From NCBI GenBank assembly GCA_964619725.1, contig CAZUFC010000147.1:1-18948 (forward strand): 18,948 nt of DNA. Reading direction: 5' to 3'. The notes under the pieces were generated by a model. It did no database searches, was not told the DNA's origin, and was given only the letters and a program-made list of their open reading frames with translations. Position 1 is the stretch's first letter. Each line of letters begins with the position of its first letter. The stretch is from an uncultured bacterium. GTDB taxonomy: Bacteria > CSSED10-310 > CAZUFC01. A program made the position numbers and the translations under genes. Shown here in pieces: positions 1-8,709 of the stretch.

Positions 1-55
1 CCCCAACCAACCATAAAACAACCAACGAAATCCCCCAACCAACCATAAAACAACC
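1..55. repeat. A/C-rich direct repeat, two 23-bp copies with 32-bp period, possibly continuing beyond the window edge
   Basis: CCCCAACCAACCATAAAACAACC occurs at 1-23 and 33-55; 55 of the first 60 bases are A or C. Confidence 0.8.
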
Positions 56-77
56 CAATCTTACTCCCCCTCTCCAT

Positions 78-1958
78 TCATGGAGAGGGGGCCGGGGGGT
101 GAGGTAGCCCCTCTATCTCCGACAACCGCGTCAAAGCCGTTTCACTCTCTGTGATTTCCAGTAACTTCCGCCAGTATAGCGTTTCATTGACTTCATCGCC
201 CAGCTCCATATGGGCCGTCGCGATATTTTTCAGCGCCTGAGGCGAAAGGGGTCCGACGGATTCCGCTTTCAGGAAATTCTGCAAAGCTTTACCGGCGTCT
301 CCTTTTTGAAAATATATAACGCCCAGGTTGTTGTAGGCGGAAGGATGGTCCGGATACTTTTCAATCAAACGGAGATATAATTGTTCAGCCTTTTCAACGT
401 CTCCGCTTCTGTGGGCGTTTAAGGCCGCTTTGTACAGAACGGCGGGCTTGTCCGAATTCCATTCCGAAGCTCGTTCAAAGCGGCGAACAGCTTCTTGATA
501 ATCGTTCCGGTTTTCTGCGATTCTGCCGAGGCCGAAGCAAGCCTCTTGGGGGCCGGCATTCAATTGCAGCATTTTTTCATAGGAAGCTTTCGCGGCCTCC
601 ATGTCGTTCGCGGTTTCATGGATGTATCCTTTCAGGGCATGAGCTGCAGTCAGGGATTCATCCGCATTGAGGGCTTTATCGAGCAACTGCACGGCTGTTT
701 CCTGGCGGTCATTCTTTTGAGCCTCAAAGGCCTGCAGGAGAAACACGCGAGCCTGGTCTGCAGAGGAGGCGTAATGAAACCAGGAGTTCCACGGTTTGAG
801 TCGATTTAAAAGCATTACATTAGCGGCCAGGGCGGCTAAAACGGCGAGGAGCAGAACCAGGAAGGGGAGCCTGGAAATAAATGGCGATGGGGCGCCGGAA
901 GTTTCTTCCGATAATTTTTTCCTGGCCTCCGAGACGGCCGTACTGGGATCGCTGATTTGATCGGTGGGCTGGGTGGTCTCCTGCGGTGCGGTTATATCGG
1001 CCGTTCCCGTTTGAACGGTTTCAGTCGGACCTTTCATTTCAGAATCCATTGGGCTTTCTTCGAACAGCGAGGGTTGCGTTTTTACGGCCTCCTCATCCCA
1101 GGTATCGATTAAATTCTGCAGAACAGCCTGAAATTCCGCTCCTTTCGAATAGCGGGCTTCCGGGACCTTCGCCAGTATCTTCAACAACGGCCCGTCCCAG
1201 CTCGCCGGAATGATATGATTCATTTCCGACGGCGGCGCCGGCTCCTTGTACAGAACGTTTTTTATGATCTGATTCAGATTGTCCGCACCGAAAGGTTTTA
1301 CTCCCGTAAGCATCTCATACAAGATGCAACCCGCAGCGAACAGGTCGCTTCGATGATCGTACGACTCGCCTCGAATGCGTTCCGGCGACATGTAATTGGG
1401 CGTCCCCACCACTTCGCCGGGAGCGGTTATTTCACCGCTGCCCATAGAGGTCAGTTTTGCGATGCCGAAATCCGTTATCTTTATGGTGTTGCCCGACGTT
1501 ATCATCAGGTTGGCCGGTTTTATGTCCCGGTGTATCACGTTCCGCTCATGCGCATGATGCAGACCGGCTACGATCTGAGAAGCCAGGTAAAGAGCCCGCC
1601 GTGGATGGAATGTCCTCTGTTTCTTCAATACCTGCTTGAGCGTCTTCCCCTCTATATACTCCATAATAATGAAATAAACGCCTTGACGGGTGTCCGCATC
1701 ATAGATTTTTACGATGTTGGGGTGCAGCAGCTTGCCGGCGGACGTTATCTCCGATTTGAAACGCATTTGAATCGTCGATTCCTCCTCCTTCACATACATC
1801 TCATCCCGGCGTATCAACTTGATGGCCGTCAAACGGTCGATATTGCGGTCATAAGCGCGGAAAACCGCTCCCATCGATCCCTTACCGATCATGCACTCAA
1901 TCCGGTATCGCTCCCCCCGTATCGAATTCATCAATTCCTGTATTTTTTCCATGCTCAT
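78..1958 (-). CDS. Hanks-type Ser/Thr protein kinase with transmembrane helix and C-terminal TPR repeats
   Basis: Kinase motifs GKGSMGAVF, AIK, HRDIKPAN, DFG, GTPNYMSPE. These are followed by a low-complexity linker, a hydrophobic segment (LPFLVLLLAVLAALAANVMLL) and TPR-like units (e.g. AYNNLGVIYFQKGDAGKALQNFLKA). Start moved from 2093 to ATG 1958 because an SD-like AGGGGTG lies just upstream; ATG 1952 is an alternative. Confidence 0.92.
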   Translation of the reverse strand: MSMEKIQELMNSIRGERYRIECMIGKGSMGAVFRAYDRNIDRLTAIKLIRRDEMYVKEEESTIQMRFKSEITSAGKLLHPNIVKIYDADTRQGVYFIIMEYIEGKTLKQVLKKQRTFHPRRALYLASQIVAGLHHAHERNVIHRDIKPANLMITSGNTIKITDFGIAKLTSMGSGEITAPGEVVGTPNYMSPERIRGESYDHRSDLFAAGCILYEMLTGVKPFGADNLNQIIKNVLYKEPAPPSEMNHIIPASWDGPLLKILAKVPEARYSKGAEFQAVLQNLIDTWDEEAVKTQPSLFEESPMDSEMKGPTETVQTGTADITAPQETTQPTDQISDPSTAVSEARKKLSEETSGAPSPFISRLPFLVLLLAVLAALAANVMLLNRLKPWNSWFHYASSADQARVFLLQAFEAQKNDRQETAVQLLDKALNADESLTAAHALKGYIHETANDMEAAKASYEKMLQLNAGPQEACFGLGRIAENRNDYQEAVRRFERASEWNSDKPAVLYKAALNAHRSGDVEKAEQLYLRLIEKYPDHPSAYNNLGVIYFQKGDAGKALQNFLKAESVGPLSPQALKNIATAHMELGDEVNETLYWRKLLEITESETALTRLSEIEGLPHPPAPSP

Positions 1959-2088
1959 CGCTTCACCCCTGAATCGTCCGCCGCCCTTTAACCTGGCGGG
2001 CGGATTTATTTCTCCTGCAAGCATCATTAAAACAGACTCATCTAAAATATCAAAAAAAAATGCGCCGTTCCAGCGCTTTACAGTTCCA

Positions 2089-2117
2089 TTCACATGAAAC
2101 CTCGCTTATGATATACT
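2089..2117 (+). promoter_or_regulatory. sigma70-type promoter for the radical SAM-rng operon
   Basis: TTCACA (2089-2094), 17-bp spacer, TATACT (2112-2117) with extended -10 TG; SD GGAGG at 2128-2132 before TTG 2143. Confidence 0.6.
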
Positions 2118-2142
2118 CTTTGCGCGTGGAGGCGTTGGAACT

Positions 2143-4704
2143 TTGAATCTGAAAGAAAAATTGCTGAATGAAATACTGCCGTCGGTTTCTAAACCCGCTC
2201 GATATATAGGCTCTGAATGGAACCTGGACTTTAAACCGCCTGAAAAAGAGGACCTGCTGTTCGCCCTGGCTTTTCCCGATACGTATGAAATCGGGATGTC
2301 GAATCTCGGCATACAGATTCTTTATCACATCCTGAAAAAAATGACCGGCGTTCATGTGGAACGCACATTCGCGCCATGGCCCGATATGGAACAGAAACTC
2401 TATGTCGAGGAACTGCCTTTATTTACCCTGGAATCATATCGTCCATTGGCCGATTTTCATATCCTGGGTTTCTCTCTGCAGCACGAACTGAATCTCTCCA
2501 ACGTCATCACAATCCTTAAATCCGCTCGAATTCCGGTCTACAGCAAAGAACGCTCCGAGTCCGATCCCTTTATTCTGGGCGGAGGACCGGTCAGTTTCAA
2601 TCCTGAACCCGTGGCAGACTTTTTTGACGCCTTTATACTGGGTGACGGGGAGGAATGCCTTCCGGAATTTCTCGCGAAATACAAACAGATCGCCGGGAGA
2701 ACGAAAAAGAAACAGGAAATATACAGGGAATTGGCGAGACTTCCCGGGGTTTACGTACCATCTTTTTATAACCCTGTTTATGATTCTGAGGGCATACTTC
2801 AGGATGTTGAAATGTCTCCCGATCAGCCCTTTGCTTACATTTCGAAATGCGTCTTCAAGAATCTGGACGACTCATCCTATCCCGTAAAACCCCTGGTCCC
2901 TCTGTCCCGGGTAGTGCATGACAGGCTCAGCGTGGAGGTGGCCCGGGGCTGCAAGCACATTTGCCGGTTTTGCCAGAGCGGCATCATTTCCAAACCCGTT
3001 CGATTCAGATCAAAACAGAAAGTAATCGAGCTGACGAAAGAAACCATTGAAAATACGGGTTATGATGAAGTTGCGCTTTCAGCTTTCAATATCATCGATT
3101 ACCCTCATCTCATCGAAGTCATGGAAAAACTACTTCCCTGGCTCTCTCCCAGGCATGTTTCGCTCGCCTTTCCATCGCTCCGTCCCAAGGGACTGACGCC
3201 CCGGCTTATGGACTACGCTCAGCGCATCAGGAAAAGCGGATTCACCCTGGCGCCCGAAGCCGGCGACGACAGGATGAAAGCCGTGATCAACAAGAATATC
3301 TCTAACGACGACCTGATCGAAATTGCTGCAAACGCTTTCCAGCTCGGATGGAAACACCTTAAACTCTATTTCATGTTCGGCCTTCCCGGAGAAACCCGGG
3401 AAGACCTGGATGCCGTCATCAAACTCTGCAATAAAATACTCCAGAAAGGCCGCTCCACCGTCAAAGGACACCTGCGTTTGAACGTCAGTCTCTCCGCGTT
3501 CGTTCCCAAGCCTGACACGGCTTTTCAATGGGAACCTCAGTGCACTCTGGATGAATTCCATGAAAGATTGAATTATTTTAAAAAGAGTCTAAAAAACCGT
3601 AACATCAACGTCAAGCACAACAGTCCGGAAATGAGTCGACTGGAAGCTATTCTGGCCAGGGGAGACAGGCTGCTGGGGCCGGCCATGCTCAAAGCCTGGG
3701 AACTGGGAGCCCGATTCGACGGATGGGAAGAATCATTCCGTTCCGACATTTGGGAACAGGCATTCGAGGAAACAGGCATCGATCCGGCCAAATATATTTA
3801 CAGGAATATACCGCTTGATGAAATTCTTCCCTGGGACCACCTCATCACGCCCAACAGGAAAAAATTCCTGAAAGAGGACTGCCTCAGAAGCAGGCATTTA
3901 CAGACGATTCAATTTCCCGGAGAAAAAGAAGATGCGCAAGAGAAAACCTCTGAGGAGTTTCCCGCGATAAAATCCGTCGGCGATTCCTCAAAAAAACCGG
4001 TTCGTTTCACGGAAGCTCAATCCAAACGTTGTTCCGCCTTTATCCGGGCTGCTTACTCTAAACGGGAACACATGCGTTTTCTGTCTCATCTCGACGTCAT
4101 GAAAATGCTGCACATGGCGATGCGCAGAGCAAAAATTCCGGTAGCTTTCTCCCAGGGCTACAATCCGCATCCCAGGATCAGCTTCGGACCGCCTCTGCCC
4201 GTCGGAACCGAAAGTTACGCCGAATACCTGGATTTGATGCTCTATAAAAAAATAACCGCCGAAGACTTCATCCGGGACATGAATCATAATCTGCCCGAGT
4301 GTTTCGAATTTAAAAAAGCGAAGCTGTCGCCCACTGGAACGCCCTCGCTCAATAAGGTTCTGAAAACAGCGGCTTACGTGCTCTTTCATGATTACGAGGA
4401 TGACGACCCTTTGAAAAAAGATGATCCTGCAGGACTGTTGAAACAATTCCTTGATCAAAAAGAAATAATACTTCCCAACGGAAAAGAGGCGGGAAAATTC
4501 ATCGTATCATACGATATCGCCGAACAGGAGAATTACTGTATAAGGCTCATGATCGTTATGAAAATCATTAACGGAGGCATATTAAATCCGCAGGAGCTGC
4601 TTCGCGCTGCATTCAACCTGACTGACGAACAAACCGGCAGGACAAAATGCACGCGCCTGGATTTTTTCCGGGACGAAGAGGCGCAGTTTCCGGCGCTGTC
4701 ATGA
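2143..4704 (+). CDS. TIGR03960-family radical SAM protein fused to a C-terminal TIGR03936/DUF2344 radical-SAM-linked domain
   Basis: N-terminal KPARYIGSEWN and FPDTYEIGMSNLG; CxxxCxxC (RGCKHICRFCQ); TLAPEAG; KLYFMFGLPGET. C-terminal RFLSHLD...FSQGYNPHPRISFGPPLPVG matches the linked family. Adjacency to rng is the known context for these families. Confidence 0.9.
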   Translation: MNLKEKLLNEILPSVSKPARYIGSEWNLDFKPPEKEDLLFALAFPDTYEIGMSNLGIQILYHILKKMTGVHVERTFAPWPDMEQKLYVEELPLFTLESYRPLADFHILGFSLQHELNLSNVITILKSARIPVYSKERSESDPFILGGGPVSFNPEPVADFFDAFILGDGEECLPEFLAKYKQIAGRTKKKQEIYRELARLPGVYVPSFYNPVYDSEGILQDVEMSPDQPFAYISKCVFKNLDDSSYPVKPLVPLSRVVHDRLSVEVARGCKHICRFCQSGIISKPVRFRSKQKVIELTKETIENTGYDEVALSAFNIIDYPHLIEVMEKLLPWLSPRHVSLAFPSLRPKGLTPRLMDYAQRIRKSGFTLAPEAGDDRMKAVINKNISNDDLIEIAANAFQLGWKHLKLYFMFGLPGETREDLDAVIKLCNKILQKGRSTVKGHLRLNVSLSAFVPKPDTAFQWEPQCTLDEFHERLNYFKKSLKNRNINVKHNSPEMSRLEAILARGDRLLGPAMLKAWELGARFDGWEESFRSDIWEQAFEETGIDPAKYIYRNIPLDEILPWDHLITPNRKKFLKEDCLRSRHLQTIQFPGEKEDAQEKTSEEFPAIKSVGDSSKKPVRFTEAQSKRCSAFIRAAYSKREHMRFLSHLDVMKMLHMAMRRAKIPVAFSQGYNPHPRISFGPPLPVGTESYAEYLDLMLYKKITAEDFIRDMNHNLPECFEFKKAKLSPTGTPSLNKVLKTAAYVLFHDYEDDDPLKKDDPAGLLKQFLDQKEIILPNGKEAGKFIVSYDIAEQENYCIRLMIVMKIINGGILNPQELLRAAFNLTDEQTGRTKCTRLDFFRDEEAQFPALS

Positions 4705-4742
4705 CGGCAAACCGGCCGGATATAAACAGGAAAGGTTGATTC

Positions 4743-6446
4743 GTGAAAAAAATAATATTAATCAGCTCCGATCATATTCAAACTCGGGTCGCCCTGATCG
4801 AGAACGGACGACTTTGCGAGTTCTACACTGAATCTCATAACGGAAAAAGGACCTTCGGAAATATATACAAGGGACGGGTCACCAAAGTCCTGCCCGGCAT
4901 GCAGGCAGCGTTTGTGGATATCGGAGTCGAAAAAGATACGTTTCTTTACGTCATGGACGTCATCAAGACCCCGGAAGACCTGGAACAAATGATTATCTGC
5001 TGCGACGAAGATGAAAATGAAGAACATGAATGCCGGGAAGCGATGGCGGCCCAGGAGCATACTCCGGACCCGGATGAACCGGATAATAACCATCCCGTAC
5101 AGACGCGGGGACTGTTTATGGATGCCGGCAGTGAAGCAGGTAAAACAACATTTGATGAAATCGACGAAGAAGCGGACAGAAGTGAAGCAAAAAACGCCGC
5201 AATTGCCGTGCAGCGCCGATCAGGCAATATGCAGACAGGCGATTCCGTCTCCATCGACGAACTGCTCCAGGAAGGACAGGAAATCCTGGTTCAAGTCATC
5301 AGAGAACCCGTAGGCACCAAGGGAGCCCGGGTCACATCCCATGTAACGCTGCCGGGCCGATACCTGGTCTTTATGCCTACCGTCACGCACATCGGCGTAT
5401 CTAAGAAAATCGAGGATGAAGAAACCCGTAAAAATTTGAAATCGCTGATCCTGGAACTTAAACCGCCCAGGGGAGGCTTCATTGTGCGCACCGTTGCCGA
5501 AGAAATCGATGCCGGAATTTTCCGCAAAGATATCGAATCCCTCTGCAAGCTATGGGAAAATATCCTGAGAAAAGCGGAAAAAACGACAGCCCCGGCCATT
5601 ATACACAGGGACCTCGATCCTATTTTCCGGTCCGTTAGAGACCTGCTTTCTGAAGACGTCGAAGAACTGATACTGGATTCCGAACACGAATACAGGCGAT
5701 GCGTCGAATATGTGGAAACCATTAACCCGGAGCTGACGCCCCTGGTCAAATACCATAATAAAAGCGCACCCCTCTTTGAACTATTCGGAGTTGACGAAGA
5801 AGTGGACAAAGCCCTGAGAAGCAAAGTGTGGCTGAAATCAGGAGGATACATCGTCATAGAACAGACTGAAGCCTTGACCGCCATTGACGTCAATACGGGG
5901 AAATACGTAGGCAAAAGAAATTTCGAGGAAACCATCACCAAAACCAATATGGAAGCAGCCGTAGAAATCGCTCATCAGTTGCGCTTAAGGGATATCGGCG
6001 GCATCATAATCATTGATTTCATTGATATGGAACTGGAAAAAGACAGAAAAATGGTGTACGAAGCCCTCGAAACAGCCCTGAAAAAAGACCGCTCCAGGAC
6101 ATACCTCTCCGATTTCACCAACCTGGGACTGATAGAAATGACCAGGAAAAGAATCAAAAAAAGCCTGGAAAAAAGCCTGTGCACCTACTGCCATTATTGC
6201 CGCGGCGCCGGGATGATCAAATCACCCGAAACGATAAGCATTGAAATCCAGCATGACCTGACCCAAAAAGCTCAATCGGTCGAAAACAAGGAAATACTGA
6301 TAAAAGCACACCCCGAAGTAGTCAAAGTAATAAAACGCGAATACAGAGACTACATAAGCATGCTGGAAATGAACTACAGAAAAAGAGTAACCATTAAATC
6401 AGAAGATAAACTCCACCAGACCCACTACGAAATAAACACCTTCTGA
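4743..6446 (+). CDS. rng: Rne/Rng family ribonuclease (RNase G-sized)
   Basis: GNIYKGRVTKVLPGMQAAFVDIG (S1), TKGARVTSHVTLPGRYLV, TEALTAIDVNTG, LRLRDIGGIIIIDFIDM, Zn-link CHYC; no long C-terminal scaffold; GTG start with upstream AAAGG. Confidence 0.93.
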   Translation: MKKIILISSDHIQTRVALIENGRLCEFYTESHNGKRTFGNIYKGRVTKVLPGMQAAFVDIGVEKDTFLYVMDVIKTPEDLEQMIICCDEDENEEHECREAMAAQEHTPDPDEPDNNHPVQTRGLFMDAGSEAGKTTFDEIDEEADRSEAKNAAIAVQRRSGNMQTGDSVSIDELLQEGQEILVQVIREPVGTKGARVTSHVTLPGRYLVFMPTVTHIGVSKKIEDEETRKNLKSLILELKPPRGGFIVRTVAEEIDAGIFRKDIESLCKLWENILRKAEKTTAPAIIHRDLDPIFRSVRDLLSEDVEELILDSEHEYRRCVEYVETINPELTPLVKYHNKSAPLFELFGVDEEVDKALRSKVWLKSGGYIVIEQTEALTAIDVNTGKYVGKRNFEETITKTNMEAAVEIAHQLRLRDIGGIIIIDFIDMELEKDRKMVYEALETALKKDRSRTYLSDFTNLGLIEMTRKRIKKSLEKSLCTYCHYCRGAGMIKSPETISIEIQHDLTQKAQSVENKEILIKAHPEVVKVIKREYRDYISMLEMNYRKRVTIKSEDKLHQTHYEINTF

Positions 6447-6511
6447 TCAGGGAACAGGCTCCGTCAACGCTTTCCCTTCAGCCTGCGACTTTTCCACCGC
6501 AGCCTGCACCG
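6371..6511. repeat. Left copy of 141-bp direct repeat (intact rng 3' end plus orphan copy of FMN-binding gene 3' end)
   Basis: Matches 11896-12036 at 138/141 positions; the only differences are 6471-6473 TTT versus 11996-11998 CCG. Confidence 0.97.
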
Positions 6512-6610
6512 GACTCGATGTCAAAATTAACGCGCACCTCTTGAGCTGTAAATTTGGGACTGATCAAACCGGGGTTACACTTCTTTCATAACTTTTGACG
6601 ATTTTTTTCA

Positions 6611-6658
6611 GTAATCGGGGTCGGTATCGGGATATGGATCGTAATCGGGATCGAAATG
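6611..6658. repeat. Degenerate hexamer tandem repeat (ATCGGG/ATCGTA/ATCGAA type)
   Basis: GTAATCGGGGTCGGTATCGGGATATGGATCGTAATCGGGATCGAAATG; reads as DPDYDPYPDTDPDY on the minus strand. Confidence 0.6.
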
Positions 6659-7096
6659 GAAACAAAATGATGAGAGGTTCTTTCGAATTGTAACCTCAAA
6701 AGACTCTTTTTTGATCAATGCCCCATTTGTAATTGCTTGATTCGGAGTATTTCCTGACAGCTTTGCCCTCCCAATACGCATTATATCCGCCAAATCGGGA
6801 ATTTACTGCGCTCTTTCAGAGCTTTCATTTTTTCTTGACTGAGAACCGTATTCACTTACTCCATTTCGAATGAATCCGCCTGGCACAAAAAGCGCCCCTG
6901 GTGAACTAACCCGAAAAGGCGACTTCTATTGACATTATCTTGAAAACTGATAAAAAAATTGTCAGGTTGAGGATTTGTTATGCATTCAAATAAGCTCGAC
7001 TGGATGATGCATTCAGACCCGTGAATGATGGAAGCGAAAATGCACACTGCCGGAAAGACTTTTTCAGAAATGTTTCACGAAAATAGGAGACGAAAT

Positions 7097-8665
7097 ATGA
7101 GACATTTAACAAAATCAGCAATACAGACATGTTTTATGTTGTCTATTCCGGCCTGCACTTTTCTTTTCGGGTTTTATTTGTGTAAAGCAGCGGATATCAG
7201 TCATAAAGGCTCAATTACCGTTGAAATTGAAAGATCGCCTGTTATTGAATCCAGTGTTTCGGATATAAAGGTGGACTACGCCGGGTATCATTTTCACGGG
7301 AAAAACTTTTCATGGGATAAAGAAGGACTTTTTGCATGCTCAGTTGGGCTGAGTGATTACGATATCGGCTGGTCCGTTACGCAGACTTCCAACGGAGGGT
7401 TCGCCGTCGCCGGCCAGACTGAACAAGGCGTCGGCTACGAGAATCTTCTTCTTCTGAAATATGACAGCTCCGGCAATCTTGAATGGGCCAAAACAGCCGG
7501 GGGGAGTCATGGGGCTTTCATCGGTCATTCTCTGACGCAGATCATTGACGGAGGATTCGCCGTCTGTGGTTATGTTTACGGTTACGGCGCCGGCCTTGAG
7601 GATGTTCTTCTCCTGAAATACGACCACTCCGGCAATCTCGAATGGGCCGGAACAGCCGGGGGGAGCAGTGCGGATTTCGGTTATTCGGTGACTCAGACCA
7701 CCGATGGAGGATTCGCTGTTGTTGGAGAAACTTACGGTTACGGCGCCGGCGAAGAGGATGTTCTTCTTCTGAAATACGACGGCTCCGGCAATCTGGAATG
7801 GGCCAGAACAGCAGGGGGAAGTGAGAGTGATTTCGGTTTTTCGTTGACGCAGACCACCGACGGAGGTTTTGCCGTCGCCGGAAGGACAGAAAGCTTCAGC
7901 GTCGGCGAAGAGGATGTTCTTCTTCTGAAATATGACGGTTCCGGCAATCTTGAATGGGCCAGAACAGCAGGGGGAAGCGAGACAGATATCGGTTATTCGC
8001 TGACTCAAACCACCGACGGAGGATACGCCGTTGGCGGAACTTCTTTCTCCCACGGTAATCCTTATGCTTTACTGCTGAAATACGACCGTTTCGGCAATCT
8101 TGAATGGGCCAGAACAACCGGGGAAAATTATTCGAGTTTCGGTTTTTCGGTGACGCAGACCATCGACGGAGGATACGCCGTTGCCGGAGGAGTATCTGGT
8201 TATGGCTTATTACTGCTGAAATACGACAGTTTCGGTAATCTTGAATGGGCCAGAACAGCCGAGGAAAGTAATTTAGATGTCGGTTATTCGCTGACTCAAA
8301 CCACCGACGGAGGATACGCCGTCGCCGGTCTGACTGAAAGCTGCCGAACCTGGTGTTATGATGTTCTCCTGCTGAAAACCGATTCTCAGGGCGCAATACC
8401 TGACTGTCCGATGATTCAAAGCTTTTCGCCGGAAGTTTCATCGCCTGATATTTCAACTTCCATAATTATTCCGGAAACTTCCTCACCCGATATTGAAACT
8501 GCTGATATATCGCCTTACGTTGATTCGCCTGAACCTTCCTTTGAATTAATCTGCAGCGGATCAACGACGACGGTTCCTTTGACGTCTACGCCAACGCTTA
8601 TTTTGACTCTAACCTTTACGTTACTTATTTCCGGTATCCAACTTAGAAAAAAATTTCGACTATGA
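7097..8665 (+). CDS. Exported protein with seven ~47-53 aa repeats (predicted beta-propeller), Ser/Pro-rich stalk and C-terminal sorting-like tail
   Basis: Repeat consensus G.S.TQTTDGG(F/Y)AVAG...LLLKYD.SGNLEWA. GAATGGGCC recurs at 7481, 7640, 7796, 7952, 8102, 8243. N-terminal hydrophobic segment; C-terminus VPLTSTPTLILTLTFTLLISGIQLRKKFRL. Start placed at ATG 7097 (SD AGGAGA at 7085-7090). Confidence 0.85.
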   Translation: MRHLTKSAIQTCFMLSIPACTFLFGFYLCKAADISHKGSITVEIERSPVIESSVSDIKVDYAGYHFHGKNFSWDKEGLFACSVGLSDYDIGWSVTQTSNGGFAVAGQTEQGVGYENLLLLKYDSSGNLEWAKTAGGSHGAFIGHSLTQIIDGGFAVCGYVYGYGAGLEDVLLLKYDHSGNLEWAGTAGGSSADFGYSVTQTTDGGFAVVGETYGYGAGEEDVLLLKYDGSGNLEWARTAGGSESDFGFSLTQTTDGGFAVAGRTESFSVGEEDVLLLKYDGSGNLEWARTAGGSETDIGYSLTQTTDGGYAVGGTSFSHGNPYALLLKYDRFGNLEWARTTGENYSSFGFSVTQTIDGGYAVAGGVSGYGLLLLKYDSFGNLEWARTAEESNLDVGYSLTQTTDGGYAVAGLTESCRTWCYDVLLLKTDSQGAIPDCPMIQSFSPEVSSPDISTSIIIPETSSPDIETADISPYVDSPEPSFELICSGSTTTVPLTSTPTLILTLTFTLLISGIQLRKKFRL

Positions 8666-8709
8666 AACCTTAAATTTTGAAACGGAAAAGTTTGAAAAAG
8701 AAAGTTAGA

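Noticed and set aside
1-55. CRISPR array end
   Set aside because: Only 9 nt between copies, no palindrome and no cas genes.
1959-2093. Extended 671-aa N-terminus of the kinase
   Set aside because: It runs through the divergent promoter region and a poly-A tract; a better SD-linked ATG is at 1958.
495-6194. Many antisense and alternate-frame ORFs within the kinase, radical SAM and rng genes
   Set aside because: Shadow ORFs of well-supported genes with no recognisable motifs.
6929-6956. Promoter for the propeller gene (TTGACA...TGATAAAAA)
   Set aside because: Perfect -35 but a 16-bp spacer and a -10 lacking the conserved final T; too uncertain to list.
7340-8400. CRISPR-like regularly spaced repeats
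   Set aside because: Periods are 141-159 bp, all multiples of three, inside an open frame; these are protein repeats.
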